A DNA stretch of 64,000 bases from the NCBI GenBank assembly GCA_947169105.1, contig CAMVOL010000005.1:9171-73170 (forward strand), read 5' to 3'. Position numbers and translations under genes: made by a program. Source of the DNA: an uncultured Bacteroidales bacterium. Lineage in GTDB: Bacteria > Bacteroidota > Bacteroidia > Bacteroidales > WCHB1-69. How positions within the stretch are numbered: the first letter of the stretch is position 1; the number at the start of each line of letters is the position of its first letter. Below, one piece after another: positions 1 through 8,115 of this stretch. The notes beneath the pieces are model-generated. The model did no database searches, had not been told where the DNA came from, and worked only from the letters and a program-made list of their open reading frames with translations.

Positions 1-473
1 TCGGCCACAAGAATCTCCTTGCGCCATACCTGCGACACTTCGCCTGTGACCAAGTCACCCACGCGGTTTTCATATTTTTTATAGACAAGATCCTTCTCGT
101 ATTCCATAATCTTGGAGATGAGGTTCTGGCGCAGCGACAGAATTTCGCGGCGGGTGAAGTCGGCCAGCTTGACGTTCTCCATCACCTCCTCGCCCACTTC
201 AAAGTCGGGCTCAATCTTGATGGCGTCCGACAGGGCAATCTGCGTGAACTCGTTCTCCACATCGCCGTCTTCCACGATTTCACGGTAGCGCTGGATTTCC
301 AAATCTCCGCGGTCCACATTGACAATCACATCAAAATTGGCCTCAGGACCATACTTTTTTGTGAGGACGGAACGGAAAATATCTTCCAAAATACGCATCA
401 GCGTCTCTCTGTCAATATTCTTAAACTCCTTGAACTCTGCAAAGGTGTCAATCAGATTTAAACGTTCTTCCAT
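1..473 (-). CDS. nusA: Transcription termination/antitermination factor NusA, N-terminal part (gene runs off the left edge)
   Basis: My reverse translation from the ATG at 473-471 gives MEERLNLIDTFAEFKEFKNIDRETLMRILEDIFRSVLTKKYGPEANFDVIVN..., open to position 1. This resembles Bacteroidota NusA N-termini. It is absent from the ORF track because it is truncated. Confidence 0.8.
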   Translation of the reverse strand, partial: MEERLNLIDTFAEFKEFKNIDRETLMRILEDIFRSVLTKKYGPEANFDVIVNVDRGDLEIQRYREIVEDGDVENEFTQIALSDAIKIEPDFEVGEEVMENVKLADFTRREILSLRQNLISKIMEYEKDLVYKKYENRVGDLVTGEVSQVWRKEILVA

Positions 474-572
474 TTCTATTTTATTGATTATTAATTTATT
501 ATATTGTTTTTCTTTTCGTTTTTTACAATAAAAAAAGGACTTTTTACGTCCCCTCTTCCTTTCTGCTTTCAT

Positions 573-601
573 AAAAAACTCCCACTATGAAGTAGTGAGA
601 G
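573..601 (-). terminator. Rho-independent terminator candidate 3' of tRNA-Gln
   Basis: On the - strand, a CTCTCACTA-cttca-TAGTGGGAG hairpin is followed by TTTTTT. A second, weaker GGAC/GTCC hairpin plus T7 lies at about 530-551. Confidence 0.5.
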
Positions 602-608
602 TTCTTTG

Positions 609-679
609 TTGTCCAACCTGGATTCGAACCAAGACAGACAGTACCAAAAACTGTAGTGCTACCGTTACACCATTGGACA
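609..679 (-). tRNA. tRNA-Gln (anticodon UUG)
   Basis: The reverse complement folds as a cloverleaf: acceptor TGTCCAA/TTGGACA, anticodon stem ACAGT/ACTGT with loop TTTTGGT (anticodon TTG), and T-loop GGTTCGAATCC. It is 71 nt and CCA is not encoded. Confidence 0.9.
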
Positions 680-693
680 GCGGTTTGAGGCTG

Positions 694-701
694 CAAAAGT
701 A
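694..701 (-). promoter_or_regulatory. -7 promoter box (TACTTTTG) for tRNA-Gln
   Basis: It matches the Bacteroides primary-sigma -7 consensus TAnnTTTG on the - strand, about 15 nt upstream of the tRNA 5' end, in the context gTActTTTGcagcc. Confidence 0.45.
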
Positions 702-863
702 CATTTTTTTTCGTTTGCAGCGATTTTTTTTGATTAAAAAAAGATGATTTATAAAATATTGATTTTTAATATCATATAAAACGATCTGCTTTTCTGCCGA
801 CTTTTTTTGATTTTTGGAAGTGGCTGTAAGTGTGCAATTTTCGGAAAAATGGCAGAAAAAAAA

Positions 864-1916
864 TTACCGTATCAGCGTGATTTGCCCCTTTTCCACATGC
901 TTCATTCCTGCTTCGTCACGGTAGGTGATGATGTAGAAGTAGGAACCCAAGGGCAGCTGCTTTCCGTTGAAGGTGCCGTCCCAACCCTGCAAAATGTTGT
1001 TGGTACGGAACAGCAACCCTCTGGAACGGTCGTAGATGGCGCACTCGTAATGGGTGATGGTGGCCGGCGCATGTACGAGAAATTCGTCGTTCAGACCGTC
1101 GCCGTTGGGCGTGAAGGCCGTCGGAATCCACAGCCCGCAATCGAACACGCCAACTTGGATATAGATGGTGGTGTCGGTTTTATCGTATGTGGTGACGGTG
1201 GCGGCAATGAGCATCGGCTCTTCCGGATAGAGGGTGATGACCTCGCCCTGCATGCCGATATTCCAGTGCACGTCCAATGCGTTGTGAACAAACAGGGTCA
1301 GCTTGGAATTGCGGCACACGCTCGTGTCCTTGCTGTGGGTCAGCTGGCCCGAACGCCCCGACCTCGGCTCCGGCACAATGACGCTTTCGGCGGGTTGTGA
1401 CACTTTGGTAGCAGGGACTTCTTTGACAGCTACAGACGGAACCGTTTCGGTGGGCGTTTCCGCGACAACGGGCGTTTCCGTAATTGCCGACAATTCGGTA
1501 TTTTTTTCAACCTTTTCGTTTTCTGTATCTTGGAAAGCAACCGCCTCCGTATTCTGGCTCGGAACTGGAGCCGACGAAATAACTTTTTCGCTCGTGACGA
1601 CAGGTACGGACGGAATATTGACGGTAGGGGTGACGGTCGGTGCGGCAGGCGCTACGACGGCCGTTTCGGGCGTGACGACAAGGGTTTCGTCCTTCGGTGG
1701 TTTGGGTGCGAAAAGAACGGAGATGACAACGACAGAAATGAGGCCGGCAAGAGGGAACGCCGAAATCTTAGCCGCCCACAGCCACCGTTTGCGACGGTTG
1801 AACCTCACCAGTGTCTTGTCTTGGGAAATAGCTTCCCAAAGACCCGCCGGCGGCTCCGCCTGATAGCCCTCAAGCGACTCCCTGAAAATTTCTCCTATCT
1901 CTTTTTCCTTGTCCAT
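864..1916 (-). CDS. Single-pass membrane protein with C-terminal T9SS type-B (gliding-motility CTD) sorting domain, in the anti-sigma position
   Basis: ATG start. A cytoplasmic segment of about 50 aa is followed by a TM helix (WLWAAKISAFPLAGLISVVVISVLF) and a T/P/V-rich linker. The C-terminus FTPNGDGLNDEF...QGWDGTFNGKQLPLGSYFYIITYRD...GQITLIR matches the TIGR04131-type signature. Confidence 0.8.
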   Translation of the reverse strand: MDKEKEIGEIFRESLEGYQAEPPAGLWEAISQDKTLVRFNRRKRWLWAAKISAFPLAGLISVVVISVLFAPKPPKDETLVVTPETAVVAPAAPTVTPTVNIPSVPVVTSEKVISSAPVPSQNTEAVAFQDTENEKVEKNTELSAITETPVVAETPTETVPSVAVKEVPATKVSQPAESVIVPEPRSGRSGQLTHSKDTSVCRNSKLTLFVHNALDVHWNIGMQGEVITLYPEEPMLIAATVTTYDKTDTTIYIQVGVFDCGLWIPTAFTPNGDGLNDEFLVHAPATITHYECAIYDRSRGLLFRTNNILQGWDGTFNGKQLPLGSYFYIITYRDEAGMKHVEKGQITLIR

Positions 1917-1952
1917 TCTGGTCTTTCTATTGTTTTTGACGGCCTCCGCCGG

Positions 1953-2504
1953 TTACTTTTCGATAATTTCCCCGAGATATTTCTCGATTTTTTTCTTCAA
2001 CGCCCTTTTGGCCTTGAACAGCTGCGAGCGCACGGTGCTGTACGAAATTCCGGTCATCTTGGTGATTTCCAGATGGGAGTACCCGTCGATTTCGTACAGG
2101 TTGAAAACGGTGCGGTACCCTTCGGGAAGCTCGCTGATGCACTTCAGCAGCAGCTCGCGTGTGAGGAAGTCGCTCTTCACCAACCGCACATCCTCAATGA
2201 CATCCTGCATCTCATCAATGTCCACATTCGCACCCGTCTTTATCCTGTCTCGGTACGCATTGATGGCCGTATTCACCACAATCGTCTTCATCCACCCCAC
2301 GTAGGCCCAATTCTCATCCACTTTGTCAATATTGGTGAGGATCTTGACGAACGAATCGTGCAGAATATCCTCAGCATCCTCCTCATTGCGGGCATAACGC
2401 AGACAAATCGCCATCAACATCGGTGCGTATTTGTTGTACAACTGGGCCTGGCTCTTCGGATCTCCCTGCTTGCACTTGCGTATTAACTCGCTATCGCTTT
2501 CCAT
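1953..2504 (-). CDS. RNA polymerase ECF-type sigma-70 factor
   Basis: Region 2 (EDAEDILHDSFVKI) and region 4 (LPEGYRTVFNLYEIDGYSHLEITKMTGISYSTVRSQLFKAKRAL) are present. The ORF-track start at 2510 is TTG, so I use the ATG at 2504 (MESDSE...). Confidence 0.9.
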   Translation of the reverse strand: MESDSELIRKCKQGDPKSQAQLYNKYAPMLMAICLRYARNEEDAEDILHDSFVKILTNIDKVDENWAYVGWMKTIVVNTAINAYRDRIKTGANVDIDEMQDVIEDVRLVKSDFLTRELLLKCISELPEGYRTVFNLYEIDGYSHLEITKMTGISYSTVRSQLFKAKRALKKKIEKYLGEIIEK

Positions 2505-2552
2505 TTCCAAATGTTGACGTTGATGATTACAATTATTTATTAAAAATGTTGC

Positions 2553-5009
2553 CTATAGCTCCACCACGGTGATTCCGTACCCGCCGAGTTCGAGCTCTTC
2601 ATCGCGGAAGGAGACGACTTCGCGCCGCTTGGACAGCCGCTGCCGCACCACGTTCCGCAGGATGCCGTTGCCCTTGCCGTGCAGGATTTTCACCTGATGG
2701 ATGCTGAGCAGGACGGCCTCGTCGATGTACTCCTCCAGCATCGGAATGGCCTCCTCCGCCCGCACTCCCCGGATATCAAGGGTGGTTTGGAACTTCTCCA
2801 CACGCTGGTTCAGCGCCTCGCTCAGGGTGCCGCTGTTCACCTTTACCCCGTGTTTCTTCACCTCCTTCGCCTCCTTCTTGCTGATTTTCGTCAGCTTTTT
2901 CAGGGTGGTGCGGAATGACACCGAGTTGAAGACCACAGTGACGTCCTCGCCGTTGATGTCCGCCACCTCCCCCACGGTCTGGATATCCACCATCAGCACC
3001 GCATCGCCGACGTGTATGGTCGGGTCCTCAATGGATTTTTCTGTCTTTTCCGTCTTCGGGCGGGTGTATTTCAGCGGGATGGCGGGCTTCGGACCCTCCG
3101 TCTTTTCGAACTCATCAATACGGTTGCGGAGCTGCTCCTTCGCCGCTTCCGCCTTCTGCCGTATCTGCTTCGTCTTTTCGGGGGCCGCCTTCGCCTCCTT
3201 GATCTCTCGTATCGTCGATTCAATCAGTTTGTTGGCATTTTCAATGATGGAGGTCGCCTCGTTCTTGGCCTTTTGCAGAATCTCTTTCCGGCGCGATTCC
3301 AAATCGTGGAATTTCTCGCCATATTCCGCAATCATCTCCGCCAGATGGTTGTCGGCGGAGGTCACTAACTTCAATTTTTCGTCGATTTTCAGCTTGGCCA
3401 CCTCGATCTCCTGCAACTTCCGCTCGTAGTCAATTTGCGCCGTACCCGACTTTTGGACGGCATTGTCGATAATCTCCTGCGGGAATCCGATTTTCTGGGC
3501 AATCTCGTAGGTGAAGGAACTTCCCGGATGGCCGGTTTTGAGGATGAAAAGCGGGCGTAATTCGTTGGTGTCGAATAACATGGCACCGTTGAGGGCTTCG
3601 GGGTGCGTGTCGGGAAAGAGTTTGAGGTTGCCGTAATGGGTCGTCACCACGCCGAAGGCCCTGCTCCTGTAGAAGGCTTCCAAGACCGCCTCGGCCATAG
3701 CCGCCCCGAGGGTCGGCTCCGTGCCGGACCCGAACTCGTCAATCAGGAACAGCGACTTTTCGTCCAATTGCTCCAGCATCACCTTCAGGTTGCGCAGGTG
3801 CGAACTATAGGTGCTGAGGTCGTTCTCGATGGACTGCTCGTCACCCATGTCAATGAAGAAGTCTCGGAAAATGCCCATTTCGGAAGCGTCATCCGCAGGG
3901 ACGAGCAGGCCGCATTGCAGCATATATTGGAGAAGTCCTATCGTTTTGAGGCACACGGACTTGCCACCCGCATTCGGACCGGAGATGATGAGGATACGCT
4001 GTTGCGGGTCGAGTTCGATATTAAGCGGTTGTACTTTCCGTCCAAGGGCTTTGAATTTGAGAAAAAGAAGCGGATGAACGGCGCGGTGCAGGCGCAGGAC
4101 GGTGCTGTCGGTGAGGCGCGGCATGGCGGCGTTCAGGTCGATGGCGAGCAGCGCCTTGGCCCGGACGCTGTCGATGGTGCCGATGAAGCGGTGGTGTTCG
4201 CGCAGGTTCGGGATGGAGGCGCGGATCCCGTCCGTGAGGGCGGTGAGGATGCGGATAATCTCCCGCTTTTCGGCGTTCATCAGGTCGCGCAGCTCGTTGT
4301 TGGCGGCAAAAACCTCGGTCGGTTCGATGAAGACAGTCTGGCCCGTGGCCGACTCGTCGTGGATAAATCCTTGCAGGCGGCGTTTGAACTGGGCTTGGAC
4401 GGGGATGCAGAGGCGTCCGTTGCGGACGGTCATTTCCGCATCCTCCTTGGCGATGCCGTCCTGTTTGGCGGCGGTCAGCAACTTGCGGACTTTTTTGTCG
4501 GCATCATTGGAGATGTGGATGATGGCGCTCTTGATGCGACGCAGTTCCTCCGAGGCGTCGTCGCGCAACCCGCCCTTCGGGTCAAGGACGCGGTTGATGG
4601 CGGCTAACAGCTGCTTTTCGAGAACGACATTTTCACAGATTTTCCACAGGTTGGGGTACTTGCCGTCCTCGTGCTTGACACGGAGATAGACGTGTGCGTT
4701 GATGACCGCCGCAATAAGTCCGCGCAGTTCCGCCAGTTCGTCCAATTCGATGAAGGTGCCGTCAATGGCGATGCGGGTGAGGGTGGTCCGAAGGTCGTAG
4801 TAATCCTGTGCGGGAAACGGGTCGTCAAGGAGCAGTATTTCCTTGAACTCGTTGATTTCTAATAATTTCCGCTGGATTTCTTCAAAAGAGTCACTATATT
4901 GGATATCATGGATGATTTCACGCCCCATCTCGCTGATGCAGTGGTCGGTAAGTCGTTGCCGTAGGACGTCAAAACCTATTTTTTCTTCAAAATTCTCAGG
5001 ATAAAACAT
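2553..5009 (-). CDS. mutS2: Endonuclease MutS2 (MutS ATPase domain plus C-terminal Smr domain)
   Basis: 818 aa with Walker A (GPNAGGKS), a MutS signature (STYSSHL, DEFGSGTEP), a coiled-coil region, and a C-terminal Smr domain (LDIRGVRAEEA...ILHGKGNGILR). Confidence 0.92.
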   Translation of the reverse strand: MFYPENFEEKIGFDVLRQRLTDHCISEMGREIIHDIQYSDSFEEIQRKLLEINEFKEILLLDDPFPAQDYYDLRTTLTRIAIDGTFIELDELAELRGLIAAVINAHVYLRVKHEDGKYPNLWKICENVVLEKQLLAAINRVLDPKGGLRDDASEELRRIKSAIIHISNDADKKVRKLLTAAKQDGIAKEDAEMTVRNGRLCIPVQAQFKRRLQGFIHDESATGQTVFIEPTEVFAANNELRDLMNAEKREIIRILTALTDGIRASIPNLREHHRFIGTIDSVRAKALLAIDLNAAMPRLTDSTVLRLHRAVHPLLFLKFKALGRKVQPLNIELDPQQRILIISGPNAGGKSVCLKTIGLLQYMLQCGLLVPADDASEMGIFRDFFIDMGDEQSIENDLSTYSSHLRNLKVMLEQLDEKSLFLIDEFGSGTEPTLGAAMAEAVLEAFYRSRAFGVVTTHYGNLKLFPDTHPEALNGAMLFDTNELRPLFILKTGHPGSSFTYEIAQKIGFPQEIIDNAVQKSGTAQIDYERKLQEIEVAKLKIDEKLKLVTSADNHLAEMIAEYGEKFHDLESRRKEILQKAKNEATSIIENANKLIESTIREIKEAKAAPEKTKQIRQKAEAAKEQLRNRIDEFEKTEGPKPAIPLKYTRPKTEKTEKSIEDPTIHVGDAVLMVDIQTVGEVADINGEDVTVVFNSVSFRTTLKKLTKISKKEAKEVKKHGVKVNSGTLSEALNQRVEKFQTTLDIRGVRAEEAIPMLEEYIDEAVLLSIHQVKILHGKGNGILRNVVRQRLSKRREVVSFRDEELELGGYGITVVEL

Positions 5010-5029
5010 GCTTTTTCAAAAAATGGGTG

Positions 5030-5037
5030 CAAAAGTA
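5030..5037 (-). promoter_or_regulatory. -7 promoter box (TACTTTTG) for mutS2
   Basis: TAnnTTTG consensus on the - strand, 21 nt upstream of the mutS2 ATG. It is divergent from the box at 5050-5057. Confidence 0.45.
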
Positions 5038-5049
5038 CGGAATATTATG

Positions 5050-5057
5050 TATTTTTG
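5050..5057 (+). promoter_or_regulatory. -7 promoter box (TATTTTTG) for the 5099 lipoprotein gene
   Basis: TAnnTTTG consensus in the context gTAttTTTGcccg, 42 nt upstream of the ATG. Confidence 0.45.
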
Positions 5058-5098
5058 CCCGTTTTTTTCAAGATGCTATCCAAACCTAAAATCAGGAT

Positions 5099-5650
5099 AT
5101 GAAACGAACGTTTTTGCTTCTTTTGTCCATGATACTTTTCACGGCTTGCCATACAGAAGAGAAAGTTGCCGAAAGCACGGCTCCGCAAGAGCAAGGGGGC
5201 GGCGCGGCCATCATTACCGTAGTCTCAAACGATTCTCCGGCAGCCGTCGCATCTCCTCGGGTGATCATCTATAAAATGAAAAAAGACTATAGCCGGAATG
5301 TGCCCGTCACCCTTTCGGAAGACAAAAAAAACATCGTCTCCTATCCGCATCCCCGTGATATCTATACCAACGGAAAATTAGCCCTTCCCACACAACTGAA
5401 GGAGGGCTACTGGCTTGACAACCGTGGCATTAACGAAAACGTGGCGTTCCTCTCCTACACCTACGAGGAGTATTCCCAACTGACCGACGCCCCCGACCTG
5501 AACACGCTTTACAAGAAAATCATTGACAAAGATCCCATCAAGGAGATGTGGGTTTGCGGCCACCGCCATAATTACAAAGATGTGGTTTTTGAACTCAACA
5601 ATGCCATCTCCTTCAAGGAATTGGACCAGAAATTCAAAAGATTAAAGTAA
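5099..5650 (+). CDS. Hypothetical lipoprotein
   Basis: Signal peptide with a lipobox (LLLSMILFTAC). I recognise no other family. Confidence 0.6.
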   Translation: MKRTFLLLLSMILFTACHTEEKVAESTAPQEQGGGAAIITVVSNDSPAAVASPRVIIYKMKKDYSRNVPVTLSEDKKNIVSYPHPRDIYTNGKLALPTQLKEGYWLDNRGINENVAFLSYTYEEYSQLTDAPDLNTLYKKIIDKDPIKEMWVCGHRHNYKDVVFELNNAISFKELDQKFKRLK

Positions 5651-5653
5651 AAT

Positions 5654-5743
5654 GTAAAAAGTATAAAGTAATAAGTATCCACGCACTATCCTCCTTTTTA
5701 CCTATCACCTATCACCTATTACCTATTACCTATTACCTTTTAC
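5654..5743. repeat. Composite intergenic hairpin element, copy A
   Basis: The 24-nt arms 5654-5677 and 5720-5743 pair at 19/24 positions and are built from 7-nt units (GTAWAAA / TACCTWT). The loop carries the core TCCACGCACTATCCTCC, shared with copies at 55997 and 59343. Confidence 0.7.
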
Positions 5744-5789
5744 TTGATGAACCTGACAAACTTTATAAACATAAAAAAATATTTTAAGT

Positions 5790-6986
5790 ATGAAAAAATT
5801 TGATCCAGCAACCAACATTCAGTTTGCAAGCGCATTAGGCGACAAGCGCGGTGTCAATCCGGCGATTTGCGACAGCGCCACCTTCACCTTCAACAAGGCC
5901 AAGGAGATGACCGACACTTTCCATGGTGAAACCGAGGGCATGTTCCTCTATTCCCGTCACTGGAACCCGAGCAACCTCGCCCTCTGTACAGCACTGGCCG
6001 CAATGGAAGGCACCGAACTGGCTTGGGCTACCGGTTCCGGTATGGCCGCCATCACCTGCGCCCTTCTCCACGAAGTGAAGAGCGGCGACCACATCGTCTC
6101 CAGCATGACTACCTACGGCGGCACCTTCGCCTTCATGAACAACTACCTCAAGAAGTTCAACGTCGAAGTGAGCTTCGTCAACTTCCAAGACCTTGACGCA
6201 GTGAAGAAGGCCATCCGCCCGAACACGAAAGTGCTCTACACCGAAACGATGAACAACCCGTTGCTCCGTATCGCCAACATTCCGGAACTTTCCAAGATTG
6301 CCCACGCTGCTGGCGCCAAACTATTGGTTGACAACACCTTCACCCCGATGATTTTCTCACCCTACCGTCTGGGTGCCGATGTGGTGATCTACAGCATGAC
6401 CAAGTTCGTCAATGGCAAGAACGACTGCGTGGCCGGTGCCATCTGCGGTTCCGCCGAGTACATCAACTCCCTCATCGACGTGAACGACGGTACGGCCATG
6501 CTGCTCGGTCCCGTCCTCGACCCGATGCGTTCGACCAGCATCCTGAAGAACCTCAGCACCTTGCACATCCGCATGAAACAGCACGGTGCCAACGCCATGT
6601 ATCTGGCCCAGCGTTTCAAAGAGACCGGTCTGAAATACAACTATCCGGGTCTTCCGGAACACCCCGACTACGAGCTGTTCAACTCGATGAAGAACGAAGG
6701 TTACGGCTACGGCGGCATGATTTCCATCGACATGGGTACGGCCGACCGCGCCAGCGCCATCATGGAGAAGATGCAGGAACTCGGCGTCGGTTACCTCGCC
6801 GTCAGCTTGGGTTACTTCAAGACCTTGTTCAGCAACTCCGGCAAGTCCACCTCCTCCGAAGTTCCGGAAGAGCTCCAGAGAGAGATGGGCATGAGCGAAG
6901 GCCTCATCCGCTTCTCCGTCGGTCTGGACAACGACATCGAAAACACCTTCAACCTGATTGTCGAAGCCATCAACGCTACGAAATAA
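5790..6986 (+). CDS. Cys/Met-metabolism PLP-dependent enzyme (gamma-lyase/sulfhydrylase family)
   Basis: 398 aa with a trans-sulfuration family layout: YSRHWNPSN, SGMAAI, DNTF, and the PLP-lysine motif YSMTKFVNG. Confidence 0.75.
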   Translation: MKKFDPATNIQFASALGDKRGVNPAICDSATFTFNKAKEMTDTFHGETEGMFLYSRHWNPSNLALCTALAAMEGTELAWATGSGMAAITCALLHEVKSGDHIVSSMTTYGGTFAFMNNYLKKFNVEVSFVNFQDLDAVKKAIRPNTKVLYTETMNNPLLRIANIPELSKIAHAAGAKLLVDNTFTPMIFSPYRLGADVVIYSMTKFVNGKNDCVAGAICGSAEYINSLIDVNDGTAMLLGPVLDPMRSTSILKNLSTLHIRMKQHGANAMYLAQRFKETGLKYNYPGLPEHPDYELFNSMKNEGYGYGGMISIDMGTADRASAIMEKMQELGVGYLAVSLGYFKTLFSNSGKSTSSEVPEELQREMGMSEGLIRFSVGLDNDIENTFNLIVEAINATK

Positions 6987-7016
6987 CCCGAAAAGGGAAT
7001 GTGTTTTTCATTGAAA

Positions 7017-7047
7017 GGAGGGTGACGAAAGTCATCCTCTTTTTTTC
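7017..7047 (+). terminator. Rho-independent terminator after the PLP enzyme gene
   Basis: A GGAGGGTGAC-gaaa-GTCATCCTC hairpin (one G.U) is followed by TTTTTTT. Confidence 0.6.
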
Positions 7048-7107
7048 TTCCCCCATGCCTTCAAATTTGAGAAATGGGATGAACTTGTAACTTTATGAAC
7101 TTTGTCG

Positions 7108-7115
7108 TACTTTTG
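7108..7115 (+). promoter_or_regulatory. -7 promoter box (TACTTTTG) for queF
   Basis: TAnnTTTG consensus. CTTG lies 20 nt upstream as a -33-like element, within the word repeats ATGAACTTG-TAACTTT-ATGAACTTT (7079-7103). Confidence 0.5.
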
Positions 7116-7135
7116 CCGCCGATTTTATGAACCAA

Positions 7136-7173
7136 GGAGGTACTTGGGAACCCTCCTCTAAAAAAAAACAAGA
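7136..7173 (+). promoter_or_regulatory. preQ1-I-like riboswitch candidate (H-type pseudoknot)
   Basis: P1 pairs GGAGG (7136-7140) with CCTCC (7152-7156). The 11-nt loop TACTTGGGAAC ends in C. An A-rich tail is followed by CAAG (7170-7173), which is complementary to loop CTTG (7143-7146). It ends 3 nt before the queF ATG. Confidence 0.55.
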
Positions 7174-7175
7174 TT

Positions 7176-7634
7176 ATGGACAGAAAAGACGAAAACCTCC
7201 AACTGTTAGGCAATAGTGCCCAATATCCTGACACTTACAGTCCCCAAATGTTGGAAACCTTTGAAAACCGGCACGTTGAGAACGATTATTGGGTGAAATT
7301 CAACTGCCCCGAATTTACGACACTCTGCCCCATCACCGGGCAACCTGACTATGCCGAAATCAAGATTCTTTACATCCCTGACAAGCGCATGGTGGAGAGC
7401 AAGAGTTTGAAATTGTACCTCTTCTCTTTCCGCAACAACGGTGACTTTCACGAGGACTGTGTCAATACTATTATGAAAGACCTCGTGAAGCTGATGGACC
7501 CGCGCTACATCGAAGTGCTGGGTCTGTTCACTCCCCGCGGAGGCATTAGCATCCACCCCTACGCCAACTACGGCCGTCCCGGCACGAAATACGAGAAACT
7601 GGCGGAACAACGGCTAGCAGGGTTTTCGATATAA
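7176..7634 (+). CDS. queF: NADPH-dependent 7-cyano-7-deazaguanine (preQ0) reductase, type I
   Basis: 152 aa with QueF motifs: [16 protein letters not shown] and [14 protein letters not shown]. Confidence 0.92.
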   Translation: MDRKDENLQLLGNSAQYPDTYSPQMLETFENRHVENDYWVKFNCPEFTTLCPITGQPDYAEIKILYIPDKRMVESKSLKLYLFSFRNNGDFHEDCVNTIMKDLVKLMDPRYIEVLGLFTPRGGISIHPYANYGRPGTKYEKLAEQRLAGFSI

Positions 7635-7647
7635 AAATATTATTGTA

Positions 7648-8115
7648 ATGGAAAATACACCTTCATCTCTGTTCCATGGAAGTAATATTCCTGTTATTTC
7701 CCCAGAAATTATAGTGCGAGGTTTTTATAAAGATTTCGGCTATGGTTTTTATTGTACTCAATACGAAAAGCAGGCACAGAGATGGGCACTCACAAAAAAA
7801 AGTGGGCATGTAGTTTCTGTATATCATTATGTGCCAGATACTAAATTAAAAGTATTGTCTTTTAATACGATGACTGAAGAATGGCTTGACTTTGTTGTCG
7901 CGTGCCGACGGGGTGTGGAACATGAATACGATATTGTAGAGGGGCCTATGGCAGATGACCAGATTTGGGATTATGTAGAAGACTTCATTAATGGACAGAT
8001 TACCCGTGAAGCTTTTTGGGTATTGGTTAAGTTTAAAAGTCCAACTCATCAGATAGTGTTTTGCACAGAGCGTTCATTACAAACCATTCAATACGAAAGG
8101 AGTTATTCGTTATGA
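7648..8115 (+). CDS. DUF3990-like protein (possible ADP-ribosyltransferase-like fold)
   Basis: 155 aa with motifs LFHGS, GYGFYCT and HQIVFCT. It starts 13 nt after the queF stop and is visibly more AT-rich than its flanks. Confidence 0.6.
   Translation: MENTPSSLFHGSNIPVISPEIIVRGFYKDFGYGFYCTQYEKQAQRWALTKKSGHVVSVYHYVPDTKLKVLSFNTMTEEWLDFVVACRRGVEHEYDIVEGPMADDQIWDYVEDFINGQITREAFWVLVKFKSPTHQIVFCTERSLQTIQYERSYSL

Noticed and set aside
474-572. Absence of rimP upstream of nusA, and no consensus promoter box in the nusA leader.
   Set aside because: I cannot tell from this window whether rimP is elsewhere. The leader is short and AT-rich, and read-through from the tRNA-Gln promoter is possible. There is not enough evidence for a finding.
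5695-5743. The regular CCTATYA repeats (also at 56060-56125) could be mistaken for a CRISPR-like array.
   Set aside because: The unit is only 7 nt with no spacers. The tract forms one arm of a hairpin element, and no cas genes are present.
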